Of a DNA stretch of 64,000 bases, positions 40,363 through 53,273 are shown in pieces (positions within the stretch are counted from its first letter, which is position 1; each line of letters begins with the position of its first letter). The DNA is taken from positions 17,980,001-18,044,000 of the forward strand of contig CM120646.1 in NCBI GenBank assembly GCA_051362555.1, in the 5' to 3' direction. The position numbers were made by a program, and so were the translations under genes. Below the pieces are notes generated by a model, which saw nothing but the letters and a program-made list of their open reading frames with translations, ran no database searches and was not told the origin of the DNA. Source of the DNA: Lingula anatina. Taxonomy: Eukaryota; Animalia; Brachiopoda.

Positions 40363-43008
40363 ATGTTACTCGCGTTGTCTGTTATCATTGAACTGTCAGT
40401 CACTGTGGCAGGGGGAGAGTGGGAAATAGATGGCGCTGTGGTCAACATCAATGGCGCTTTTTTCGGTTTCACTTGTAGTGACATTGCTGCACCAGATGGA
40501 CGTGCATACCCAGAGTACGTAACTCATTTGTCACAGACCTTAGGACTCTGTGTTGATTCCAAAGAAACGACAGCGACATTACCATAGGGTTATATTCTAT
40601 TGAGAGATGTTTTGAACTTGAAATAAGCCCTACCAAAATGGTCGAACGTTACGTGATCCTGTCAATTTCATCCATCAAAGGCAGCTTGGAATCAACGAAC
40701 GCTGTTCAACTGCAATAAACCCTGTTGTTACATATGTATTTGAAAGCATGTGGCGATTTAAATCAATCCGTTTTGATGTTTTCCAGCATATATTTATTAA
40801 AGTATCGCAAAAAGATGCCATATGCGGATGAATCTATAATGCGGACACATCTAAATACATGTGCATTTGATAACAAGCAATGCACATACTTTGGAAACCG
40901 CAAAGCGTAATGTACTTTAACTGTTGAGGCATTTTAGGCATATTGATTATTTTCTAAAAGTGGACCTGCAACAAATACAACTTATCTGTGATAAACAATT
41001 ACTGTTTACCAAAAATGATAAAAGCCAGATGAATTTGACATCTAACTTGTAAAGTAAGAGAAGTACATATAGTCTTTTGCTTAACTTGGAAACTTTTTAC
41101 CTAATGAGATTTCGGGCAAAGCATAATCGATTTTCTCTTTGTATGGTGTATTTGTAGTCATTTTAACGTTTGGTTTATTTGTCATTGTAATGTATGGCGT
41201 ACTTGTAGTCATTGTATTGGGTATTTGTAACCATTGTATGGTGTAATTGTAGTCACTGTAAGACACCAGCACTGCTTCAAAAGACTGAACGACCGAAACC
41301 GACCACGCATGCGCCACCCGACACAACCCCAGTATACAATGCGAGCACATGGGATGAAGATTTAGACAAACAAAATGTTCAAGTAACAAACGGGTAGGTC
41401 GAAATTGAGTTTGTTAAAAGGCAGCCTTTATTGTACTAGGGCTAGTTGGTTTAAAAACCGTTTTCCTGAAAACAAGAAGAGTGACCTCTAAGGATATTAT
41501 TTTACTTTAAGTTTGACTGAATATATTTAAATGGCATTTGTTGTTAATACGGTTAAATAAAGGGAACCCATTGCGTACATGCTTCTTAAGGTTCCTACCC
41601 TACCAAAGGCTTACCATTTTAAGTTTGTATATCTACTCGTTTGAGAAAGTCACGAATGATACAGCTTAGTCAAATTCCAGTGTGATTTACTTCTTAGTGC
41701 GAACAGACCGTATAAAGTCATGTTCAATCCAATCCGTTTCAGAGAGCGCGATTGCACCAGCTGGTGTTACTGGGTGGCACCCACGTGGGTCTGGGGTGAA
41801 GGTCATTGGTGGCCAGTGATAAAGACCAGCACTCCTCAGTTCCTGAAATATTGCTTTTGTTCGTAAGTAAACAAGTACATGCACTCCCACTTGCTGACGC
41901 ACATTGCAGTGTTAAAGTGCGTATAATTCAGTAATTCATTAGCAATAGAAAACATCTGAATACAAAAGGGAATAAAAAGTACGTACAGAAGGCAACTTTT
42001 GAGGCATATCGGTTCTTTAGAACGTTGTTGTCATTACTAATTACTTATTAATTGATAAACTTTTTTATGAATACCTCCTTCCATCTGCTATTATGAAATA
42101 CTGGTTATTATTACAACATTTTCTATACAATTCAGGCCCATCGACCAGAGTTGTACCCACTTCCTTCCCAATAACTTCCAAGACCCGTTCCGGTCTCCGG
42201 TGTCCGTGTGTTCTCGGTGTTCTACAGACTGGGCGTGGAGACGGGTCTGGGTGTGGGACGACGGTAACTGCGACGCACACCAGGTACGTTGTGTGTGCAC
42301 AGTTTTTTTCTACGGTTTATTCTTCTGTGCAGGGTAACAAAATACATATACATATATAAAACGGAACACTGCAATTTTTTATTGTTTGATAAAGGTAAAT
42401 TCGTAGCTCATGTGCCAAAGAAAAAACATGAAATGCCCCGGGCGAGACACAGAAATGGAGACTTTAGAAGATGGCGTGATACAACCAGAGAGAGAGAGAA
42501 ACACAGTGTCGGTGGGCAAATGAAGATACCACCATTCATCTGAAGAATACAAGAAACGGGAATGATTCTTACTAAAACCCCATCTTCCTAAAATATAAAC
42601 CTTTTAAAATAGTTTTTAATTCCACTCTTCTTTGCTTCATTCTTTAATGTTCTACACCTTAGATGTGATTTTTATATACATATATGAATATAATGGTACA
42701 CGTACAAGTATAAACAACAAATATTATGTTCCTATACTTGTAGAAAATACAATCTACTGGAAACTGATCAGACACGAAATCCATGATATGAAAGGTGATA
42801 ATTGTTGTAGGCTTATAAGGGTCAAGAAGGGAATGTGACACAAAACCCTATATGTAGATATTATATATTTCAGCGGTGGTTGAAGGTACCCTCTGGATGC
42901 TACTGTACCCTGCTACACGCGGAGTATTGTTTGTCTACAGATATACACTACCCCTGGGACTACAGGCTACCGAACCTGGAGACTACCGACGAAGACGAGG
43001 GATCCTAA
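40363..43008 (+). CDS. Secreted Trp/Cys-rich neurotrophin/Spaetzle-like cystine-knot protein, paralog A (231 aa; no basic furin site, acidic tail)
   Basis: Exons 40363-40514, 41253-41393, 41743-41862, 42136-42283, 42874-43008 (intron phases 2,2,2,0). MLLALSVIIELSVTVAG...FTCSDIAAPDGRAYPDHCK...GERDCTSWCYWVAPTWVWGEGHWWPVIKTSTPQFLKYCFCSPIDQSCTHF...VCSRCSTDWAWRRVWVWDDGNCDAHQRWLKVPSGCYCTLLHAEYC...ETTDEDEGS*. AATAAA at 43027. Gene model supported by alignment to paralogs B and C; the fold call is inference. Confidence 0.85.
41139..41259 (+). repeat. Degenerate ~22-27-bp tandem repeat spanning the exon 2 acceptor of paralog A
   Basis: About five units of TTGTATGGTGTAWTTGTAGTCA. Confidence 0.7.
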
Positions 43009-43033
43009 ATAGTACTATGTCATTGAAATAAAA

Positions 43034-43202
43034 CAGGGGCGGATTGAGACCGTCTTCTGGGTCTTTCGGAAGATGGTCAGATTTTCAAGTTTACATTGAC
43101 GGGTATCTAGTTTTTTCTGTCGGAAGACGGTCAGAAATGCATGATGGATTCAACAAAGATAAATTGGAAGATTGTCAGAAAAGAGCTCTGGATCCACCCC
43201 TG
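43034..43202. mobile_element. MITE-like element directly after the poly(A) signal of paralog A
   Basis: Ends CAGGGGCGGAT / ATCCACCCCTG; TAAAA on both flanks; three internal GGAAGAY(G/T)GTCAGA repeats. Confidence 0.6.
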
Positions 43203-43488
43203 TAAAAGACTTGGTGACTTTTAAATACAGAAAAACATGATGGTGTATGTCATATTAGTAATTATTTTTTTACATTCTGTAGATCTAGGAAGGGACCTTC
43301 GGTAGCTTTTACAAAATGAAGTGGCGGGTTTCAGCCCATCTCATAAACAGGACACACCCTGTCCCCCCACCCCCCTCCACCCCCATACATATCCAAATAT
43401 CCCAGCTCCACTGTTTTGCACGCAATTTTATTTGTAGGCGGGAGGGGGTTAGGGAAAATAGTTGAGGGTAAGAGGTCACACACATTCT

Positions 43489-43524
<36 letters not shown>

Positions 43525-44382
43525 TTAGATGTGCCAGTAGTCAATAAATATCTTTAAAAAAACAATATGCATTCCAAAATGAATAATAACACAGGACTGA
43601 TGAATTTGAGAAAACGTAGCTTTCTCCGATTCTCATGTGTTTCCTACATTTTGAACGTCAAACCTTTTAACTTCTGAAAAAGTTTCAAGTTGACATTGGA
43701 CAAGTGTCCAGTATTCTGTCGATTTTATATAACACCAGTGTAAAAGCCTAATGAATTCAAATAATAAAAATAATGGGTCCTAAAACTTGCCTCGTGCTTA
43801 TTTTATGTTTCAATTCAAGCATGAGGGAAGGTGGTGAGTGAATTTACTTCATGCTGTCAATTTCACACTCGTTTTTTGTTTTGAAGCCAAGGCTGTGAGT
43901 ATGATTGAAAATCGCACCAATCACACTTCTGCTATGTCAACAATCGCAGTTATTCACTAACGTTTTAGTGATAGTATTCACTTACTTTGGAGAAAAATAT
44001 CAATGAAACAGCTACGTTTTGCTCTTGTCACAAGAGCATATTCAGGCTAAATGGAAGTTGAGTGTTGGTTTACCTGTGCACACTCCTCACTGAAGGGTAG
44101 TAATTGGCGGGATGACTGGGCTATACATGGGAGAGGGGGGGCAGATGGCATTCCTGGTCCCGATAACTCATTTGGTACACAGCACATACTACACTAATGC
44201 CCATTTAGAAGTAATGTTGCACGAGAATATAAAATACACATTTATGTAACGCACTGCATATGCAACAGGTCTACCATTGGATTTTTTTTAAGAGGGCTCA
44301 CTTGTATTTGTGCTTTAGTGCCATCGGCTTTACCGATGGATAGCGCGTTAAATAACACGTTGTAAAAATGACTGGGATAATT

Positions 44383-44413
<31 letters not shown>

Positions 44414-47282
44414 CACTCTTTAGCATTTAATTTATTTATCTACATATTATTTTACTTTCGAAAAGTGCATGCTTCAATTTCTTCACGTTAAAGCAATGGA
44501 AAAGGCTGCAGCCTAGTAAACCGTCCTGAATATTAAAAGACAGTTCCAACAAAACAAAACTATCAAATAAATTTCAACGAAACTTTAATTAATACTACAC
44601 TATACAAAATCACCTTATTTTGGCATATGGGAGATTTGAGTTCAATCAAATTCATAAATTGAAATTACCTGTTATAACATTTAGGTGGAGTTCAGTGAAA
44701 AACTGAGGGTCTAAATGCGCAAAACAGCAATTAACCGTTTTATTTCATACATGGGATTCTTCCAGACTACGACACTCAGTTGGTAACTACATTTAAAACC
44801 AGGATGGGGCGATTTTCTTTACTTTTGATGTCACTCGAGAGCCTTTAAAGTTGTTTTAGAATTAATGCTTAACATTTACAAGATTTTCAATGCATTATGA
44901 ATTCAGATAGACGTCTGTCTAGTCGAATTAGTATGGGAGTCGTATGTTGCAATTTTGACAATGATTTTGGAACTCAGTGTAAAAGGGATATTAAAAAAGC
45001 CATGGAAGAAAATAAACTTGATATTTGAACAATGTATTTGAGTCAATACTGTGAAGTAGTGTAATTGCAATTGCACAATTGTGTCATTGAAATCGAAGTC
45101 CAGTGCGTTTTCTTAAGTCTGGTTCTGATATTCTTTATGGGATATTCACCTTAAAACTGTTCTAAAGATACACCAACCGAGCTATAATTCTATGAGTGTT
45201 CATTTTACTTCCAAACTCCAACTTCTGAAGTTGATTTTCTTAAAAAAGAAACGTTTTTATATATTCAACTCACTTACCACATGTACATGGTGTTGCTCAA
45301 TGCGACAAAATACTTGCACCATACTAAATAAATTTTGTTGAGCGGAGAAAATTGCTTTATCTAAGCAGTATTTGTGCATCGGCTCCTTTTAATAAAAAAT
45401 ACTTTACAAATTAAATTGAATATGTAAATATAAGCTGTGTTTTGTTCTGTCTTTATTCACTCTTTATGCTTATTTACAATACAGGCACATTAGGGCGTAC
45501 ACCGAGTGGTTGATGTGGGATCCCACAGGGTGAAATGTAATGGGAGCATATTCATTTTTAATGGAAGTTACGTGACTTTGAAACGGGTCAGTTCCATACT
45601 GTTCTAGTTGACATATTTGTTATTTCAATTTCTATTTTTTTATAACGACGGTAGTTTAAAAAAATAAAAGAAGTAAAAATCCACAAATTCGATTGTAAGG
45701 GTAAATAGGTATGGTCCTTCCTGGTCAAAATAGTATCAAGTATATTGCGCTCCCTGTGTAGAAATAATGTAAAATTATATATACATATACTATTGGTGGT
45801 GATACAAAGTGTGATTTTTTAAAGTTGATTATCGTTGTTTATAAGAGTGCTGCTAATATTTATACCCAATGCTATTATAGAATGGCATTATAGAATGACA
45901 TTGGTAGGTTTTCGATTAGTTTTCTGTCCCTCACTCTCTCTCCAATTGAATTTTATCAGTGTATACGTAATCAAGGTGTACGTCGTTTTCTTTTCCTATC
46001 TCGTAAACATTGTTTTACCCTTTACTAATTACTACTCATTTTATTTATTCAAAATCACAGAAAGAGTAAATATATTCAAGAAGACTACTAACAGAGGGTA
46101 GGATCGGCAAATATATGCATCATAACGACATGCTATTTCAGATTAGTTTTAATTGCTTCCTTATTGGCCGTTTTAAGAGCATTCAATATGGCTACCATTT
46201 ATGGATAGTTTAATATATAGCCACATTAAGAAAATAATTTGTCATGACTTTTCTATAAAGTTGCATTCACTTTCACTTCCGTGATTTTTGTATCAAATTT
46301 GTGGAGTTTTGTGGTCACCTCTTTAAGGACACGATGTTTTTTCTTATCCACAACTTTAAACCAATTATGTGACTATGAATAGAATTCTATTTAAAATTGA
46401 GTACTGAAATGCCCAGATTACTAAGGGAAAAAAGGGGGGAGGGGTTACATTGACCCCGGCCTCCTTTTCTCGTGAAAGGAAATCTTTTGAAACCAAAACA
46501 AAGTGTGATATTTGGGATATTTTGCAGTATGGAACATATGGAACATACCTTTGTAGCCCTTGCAAAATGTCCTCGTTTTTTTTCTTTTTTGAAAGAGCAG
46601 GAGGTGATCAGTTTATAGCCATGTTAATACGTTTTGACTATTAAAATAACCTCTTTCTTCAAACCATTTTAATCTCTTTTGATACATAGATATTACTTCA
46701 TACTCATATTCATAGCCATATTTCTCTAATGATTTTGGAAACAGCCCAATCACACTGGTATATTTTGTATACTATATCTTGCGTATTTAATGTATATAAT
46801 ACATATATTACAACGATGCTTTATTACAACTGTAACGTTAATGGTACTCTGTATCATCGTCATGTGACAAATTTATGCAAAATCTTATTTCAGTGGGTAA
46901 ATATAAATGGCTTACATTTATAACAGATAAACATGTTTTCGTTTATTTGTTTGTTTCTTTGTTTGGTTCCTTGTTTTCAAATTAACTATGATTTTTTCAT
47001 TTGCTTTTTTTTTTTTTTGTTTTGTTTATTTAAATATCTATTTTCGTGCATATCCCACCTGTGCAGCTTTCGAACTAATATCAACCCACGTTCATATAAA
47101 CTAAAAGTCCTTCCTCATCTTAAATTTATGCAGATTAAATTCGAATTACATAGGCTTATTTTCAATAAAGTTCACGCAAGGAAAGCCAAGCCGGCCATTA
47201 GTGGCTTCAAATATATTTATTTAATTTGGCAATGTGGGTGCTGCTATTGCGCCCCGATGAATAATGTTTGTCACGGTCTTCT

Positions 47283-47366
47283 TATAAATATACGTCTTCA
47301 TCGTAAAGAAATCTCAAACACCACTGCTGGTAGACTTCATCAAGAAAGACACAAAAAAACGTCAAG
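47283..47366 (+). promoter_or_regulatory. TATA box and short non-coding first exon of paralog B
   Basis: TATAAATA 47283-47290; strong donor AAG|GTAAGT at 47366/47367; intron ends at catttcag|ATG 48119. Confidence 0.7.
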
Positions 47367-48118
47367 GTAAGTAAGCACATGTTTGAGATATCAAAATTTC
47401 AAGGTATTTAATCTAAAGCGAAATGTTGGCACCATAGGGTTTTTAGAAGCAAACAGAATTAGATGGTTGTTAATTTGAAATAACAATACCCGATTGCGAC
47501 ATGGAAAATTAACAGAATTAGGAAATTCATCAAGCTGTCTGATTTAGTATAATTGGAATGAAATTGGTATGGATGGTTTAAAGGAAACCTGCGGTTTTAT
47601 TTCTGAAAAATGCTGCATGTGTAAGTACCGAAATTCAATGTTAAAAATCTTACCAATGTCAATCTTACCGGCGTCAAACTTAATTTCATTTAATAAGCAT
47701 CAGCAGCATTAAGGAGAATAAATTTCTGTTCTGGGCATGTCTTTTCCACTCAGTATTATAGATGTATTGTGACAGTTTGAATTGGAACAATGTAGCTTAA
47801 TATCACAACGTTAACATGGAGGACAAAAAATTCTGATTTATATTTACGCAAATCCTTCCATAATATTCTACTGTCGTCACGCTTTGGAGATACACGTGAA
47901 GAGAAATTGTTTAGGAAAATTTTTTTCAATAAAGAAAATGCATTTTTATAGAAAAACTTTAAGTTAATGTTTACTATACAGTATATAGTCCTAGCCTGTC
48001 ATTATATATACATCACAGAGTTATGTGTTGTTTGGGCACTAGATTCTATTACAACAGAGCTGTTATTAACACGTCTCAAGGAGGACGTTATTAGTAAAAA
48101 AATACTTTCACATTTCAG

Positions 48119-48490
48119 ATGAGACACAGCTTCATCTTCTCAGCGTTTCTCCTTTTCCTGTGTGTTACGTACGTGACAAGTATGGGCATTGCCGGTGCAA
48201 GGGCAAAACAGAAGAGAGAGAGCTCTACTACAGATCTTGAGGGTGATTTAGACGGCAAGAAATTTGACCTGCCAAAAGATGATGAAACTATTACCTGTGG
48301 TTATTCCGAAAACCAAAGAACGGACCCCGATGGAAACGAATACCCAGGATATAGTCAGTGAGTTTGGAAACATACAAATCTGATCTTGAGCGGGTGCGCG
48401 CGCTCGTGTTTGTGCATGTGCTTCTGTGAATGAGTTTTTAAGCATGCGTGTGTATCTCTTTTGTGAATGTATTTTAAAATGATTATCTTT

Positions 48491-48545
<55 letters not shown>

Positions 48546-50634
48546 CAAGCGGTTCTGTGTATAAATATGAACACATGTGAGTGAGGATTTGTGTTTGTAA
48601 TTGTGTGCGTGTAGATGCATGACCATGTGACAGCTTGGTTGTGCTGATATGACTTGGCGACGTTATTGGACAAAGATACGTTTACAACTTTTTCATAGTA
48701 GTAATGCGTTTATCCTCACATTCGTCTAGGGACATACATTCAATTTTAAAAAATATTTTCATACCTGTAGGTAAGGTAAACCTTACCGACATACTGTATA
48801 ATCATTTTCACATAAAAACAATGAAACAAAAACTCTCTCCGGCTTTAAGGCTGGATAACAACGAATCAACTTATTGCATATGTTTTTTAAACAATAAGCA
48901 ATAAGGAAATACAATGATTAAACCAAAAGATGCAGCCCTATTTACAAATTAACATTGCCACCAACTCATTTTGGATCACACGGTTCTAACTGTAATAGAT
49001 ATGTACTTTTAAGTGTCTCTTAAAGAAAGAAGTGTGAGCAACGTTTATACTTAACATCATATACACTACAGCACTCTCAGCTATCGATAAAATCAGTATT
49101 GAAAGCCTCAGTGGCTTCACGTCAGTGTGTCTTAGCGTCTTTTAATGGCGTCGTTGTGAGCATAATCAGTTGAATGCAGGAAGTGAAGCGTTTATGAATA
49201 ATCGCAGCACACAAACATTGCGACAATTAACACGCACGTGTTTGGAATACCGCGCAGTGATATTACAGTTGAGCTACATCTAGCTTTGATCTTCTTATAC
49301 CATCACTATTCGAAACAAACGTCTTACTTTTTAAAAGTTGCTGAAGTCTTTGCAAATGAGATTTACATGAACGCAATTATTGAAATAACACAATTAACCT
49401 TAAGAATTGTTGACCGTTTTTATATACAGCGTACCTGAATTTACAGTTCCCTAAAGATACACGGTAATTTTATTAAAATGAATACCAGAACAGTGCAACG
49501 CCTTAAAAACATCCACAAGCCACAGGTTGAGTTGTTTGTTCACATTTATTTCCACCCAGGTGCGGTGCAAGAGCAGCACAGGCCGGCGAGAAGCTGGGTA
49601 ATCCCGGCGGGAGTGGTGTCTCTGCCCAAAGTGGCGGTATAGGCGCTGCCAGTGCAGGGGACGACGAACCGGACCCCGAAGATCCAAACCAACCCCCCTC
49701 AGAGGGTGCCGGGAGAAAGAAGAGAGAGACCGTTCACGGAGGGTGAGTTTTTGCCTCTTAGTGGTTTTAAGGTGTTCATATTTGTATCCTGAATATGCAA
49801 GTGTTTAAAGGGATAATAACTCTTCGTTTTGGCCAAAAAATGAATTTTCCTGGAGTAAACAACAATTTTCCCATGCTTACCAATGGTTAATGAATCCATT
49901 TTTACATTCAAAGTTAGTCCCTGGTTTTTTTCTAAAAAGTTTGGTTTTTTTGTTAAAATCTCTTAAGAGATTATAACAGAGTATAGCCATCAATGGAGGT
50001 CACGTGATCTGAAGACAAGCTCAGATATCAGAATAATAGCTATAACTGCTGTTTTCGTCGTAAAACAGAATATATTATATTTCTATGAGTTATTCACAAT
50101 GTTTTTATTGTGAAATATAGATTTCATACGAAGAGTTATTATCCCTTTAAATATACAAATATATTCGCCATTTGCTTTGTATAAACCTGTACTTACAAAA
50201 CCAAATGATAGCATTTGCGTCCATAATCTGTCACAAATTTCTGTATAGAAAAACGACCAGCTAAAATACAGTTGTCACCTTTGCAGAAAAGCATAAATGA
50301 AATTGAAAAAAAAAATGCCCCTGTTACAAATGAAAAATGAAATATGATATATATATAGATATCAGTATAGTATTTTTGTTATTCACTGTACGACGTTGGA
50401 TTCTAAAGCAAACTTCACTGACTTGCTGTTTACATCTCGCAGGACTTCGGAATGTAACGAGACTTGCTTCTGGGTGCAGCCGTACTGGGTTGTATGGAGA
50501 AGTGCTTGGTGGCCCGTCGTCCAGGCGCCAAAATTCAAACAGTGGCTGAAGTACTGCTTTTGCTCGTAAGTAATATTATTCTTCTTCAGGACTTATTTAA
50601 AAAAGTAAAATAATATAACCAGACCCAGCTACAC

Positions 50635-50671
<37 letters not shown>

Positions 50672-51472
50672 GAACTTGTTACACATGGTCATCTAAGCTG
50701 ATAAGCATACACGTACTAATCAAACTTACTCAATTGATAACATTTCTCCAAATCTGTCATCTTCATTTTCAGTTCACTGAACCAGAGTTGCACCCACTTT
50801 ATCGAGGGAAGCCAAGCGCTGCCCGGCCCCTGGTGGATGCCCACTGTTAGGACGGCTTATTGCTCCAAGTGCACGACAGAATGGGGCTGGAGACACATCT
50901 GGGTCTGGTGGCGGTGCAAACCCATTCGTATCTGGCTGCAGGTAAGACTGAATGAATGAATGGTGTGTTAAGAAGAAAGATACAGTGGGCAAAATTCACC
51001 CTTCTTTAAGTATGCAAGATTGCATGGTAATGCAAAAAATATCTTTAATCACTGCGCCTCTCCTCAAGCATTTGCATCGTTCCTTGTGCTCCACTTTTTT
51101 TCTCAAAGAGAGAGAGAGAGAGAGAGAGAGAGAACAAAGAGAGATTAAACCTACAAAGGGAAGCCGTAAACACGTCAATTTTGTCATTTTCCAAACATCT
51201 TAATAGAGGTCAATTGGTTTTACCCTGTAGATGGTTGTTTTCAAATTAATAGCTATTTGAACAATGGTCTTTTAGCATTCATCATTAAAATGATACTGAT
51301 GGTAATAATGATGAAGCAGATGATGACAATGATGATGATGACTTCCTCTTATGTTCTCATTTTTCAGATACCAGTTGGCTGTTGCTGCGGCCTGAAAGGA
51401 ATCCACTATTGCCCAACGCTCGCGCAGCCAACCGATTTCAAACCGCCTGTTGGTCCCTATTTGCCAGTATAA
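48119..51472 (+). CDS. Secreted Trp/Cys-rich neurotrophin/Spaetzle-like cystine-knot protein, paralog B (272 aa prepro-protein)
   Basis: Exons 48119-48357, 49560-49742, 50443-50565, 50773-50941, 51368-51472. Signal MRHSFIFSAFLLFLCVTYVTS; Gly/Ser/acidic linker; RKKR|ETVHGGTSECNETCFWVQPYWVVWRSAWWPVVQAPKFKQWLKYCFCSSLNQSCTHF...YCSKCTTEWGWRHIWVWWRCKPIRIWLQIPVGCCCGLKGIHYC...PYLPV*. Confidence 0.9.
48496..48545. repeat. (GT)n microsatellite
   Basis: Direct inspection. Confidence 0.9.
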
Positions 51473-52820
51473 ACCATGATGAAAAAGTGAAGGCATCGGA
51501 TAATGTTATTCCTTTCGAACTTTTCTCGGTTAGATGCACTTAAGCGTTTGAGAACTTGGTTTACAAAATGGCTTTTCGGGTCTCGTGAGACCAACCCACT
51601 TTAACTTGCACTGAACAGGAACAGGTTCGAGTATAAATTGGTTATAAGACAATTATACAGAAGACAAATTAAACTCTTTCGGTGCCAGAGGTTCTTTCAT
51701 TGCCCAGAACCATCCAAAATGATATGCTAATTGAACAGCGCGCCTTCACCTAATGTAAAATAACGTTTAACAAAAGCAAACTTTTCAAGTTGGTCAAATT
51801 TGATAAATGTCTGAAAAGTTTCAAATGATTTAAAGGATATAGATTTATATGTGGCTCTTACAAAGGTCTTCTGGATAGTGACCAAAACTGGTCAGGGTTT
51901 CTGAAGTGCCATGGTGCCAGTTTGGGAATCGCTTTTATTAGACGATTGAGAGTTTTACGTTTAACGGAAAAGCGTAAAGGCCTTCATGTAATTGTCGAAG
52001 GATTTGAAAGGAATTTACTCAAGTTAACAGACACCAGTGCATAAAATATAGTCAACTTACAATTAAGTTTTAATAGTTATAAAGGGATCTGCATAACAGA
52101 AACGACGACCTAGATTTAAGTTTTCAGTACACGAGAAACATTTTTACAATCATGTTAACTTGCAATAGTGATTTGCATTTATACATGTATGTACTAGAGT
52201 AATTATTTTCTTTCGACTTTTCTTAAATTATTCTTATGTTTAAAGAGCTACGGATCAAAAGTTTTGATGCGTATAATGTCTTGTTAGCATTTGATAAGAA
52301 TCGTATTTTGAAAACGGAATACGGATTTATCTGATAAGATTAAATGGAAATTTTAGTACTATGTTGTTCTCACGTGTCATGTTTTTTTGATAGAAGTAAA
52401 AACAACAGCAACGTATGTTGGAAAGCTATTAAGTTGTTTGCAACTGTATATACTTGAAAATTGAGCAAAGCGTACAACGAGCCAATCCAATAACTTGTTA
52501 CTCTCGCTCCAGCGAAATGCCACATGAATAATAAATGTTTACAATGGCAATTATTGTCTAAATTCTTTGATGACTTTCTGAAATTAATAAATTGAAATCA
52601 TCCAAAAAGAAAGTCCCTTAATAAGGTACGTGCGCCAAAAGCATTGGCGTTTTTATACATAGTTTTAGTAGAAATATATAGATGCATTTAAAACTCAACT
52701 AATCAACCTCAGTTTTAGAAGTGTTCACTACACCTAGACTTAATTCTTTAACATAAGTGTCATATTAGCAGCACTATAGTAAGGGCGCCTTCAGTAGTGC
52801 TAACCCACCACCCGCCCACC

Positions 52821-52920
52821 AACTGACCGTGTAATTTAAATAACACTTTCTTATCAGCTAGTCTCCAAATCGCCAGCTGACCGTGTAAATAACACTTTCT
52901 TGTCAGCTAGGCTTCAAAAT
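52821..52920. repeat. Two-copy ~50-bp tandem duplication
   Basis: CTGACCGTGTAA...ATAACACTTTCTTRTCAGCTAG twice. Confidence 0.75.
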
Positions 52921-53189
52921 AAAGGGGCAGCCTGCATTCGTTTTCGCCCGTACTGATTAAGGGGCCAGCTCGTTGTTGTGGGCAACAAGTTAATTCCAAC
53001 TTCTTGTTGTGGGGTCATCCTGAATTCCAACGAGTGACTTTCCGTTACCATGGTCGATGATTGCATTGGATTTTTTGCAACCATGCACGCTTACGACTGC
53101 GCTGTGATTGAACGGCCAGCATTCAATACGTACATGTTTCCTCTTATAGTAATTAAACGCAATTTTTATAAATTATATCTAACAAAAAA

Positions 53190-53202
53190 ATAATAATAAT
53201 AA

Positions 53203-53245
<43 letters not shown>

Positions 53246-53273
53246 AATAAAATAATAATAAAAAAAATAATAA
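53190..53273. repeat. (AAT)n/(AAAT)n low-complexity tract
   Basis: Direct inspection. Confidence 0.9.

Noticed and set aside
42136-42283. Thrombospondin type-1-like appearance (Trp plus CSxC)
   Set aside because: No WSxWSxCSxTCG/RxRxC signature; the exon aligns with paralogs B and C as part of the knot domain.
46933-47370. 145-aa ORF upstream of paralog B
   Set aside because: Low-complexity T-rich start; overlaps the TATA box and non-coding first exon.
48248-48673. Minus-strand ORFs with THTHTH runs (and similar SLSL/RERE/VCVC ORFs elsewhere)
   Set aside because: Microsatellite-derived open frames.
51368-51400. IL-17-like C-terminal motif (IPVGCxC)
   Set aside because: Only the terminal motif fits; no RS(I/L)(S/C)PW or RxP IL-17 signatures, and the N-terminal pattern fits neurotrophin/Spaetzle better. 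A profile search is needed to exclude it fully.
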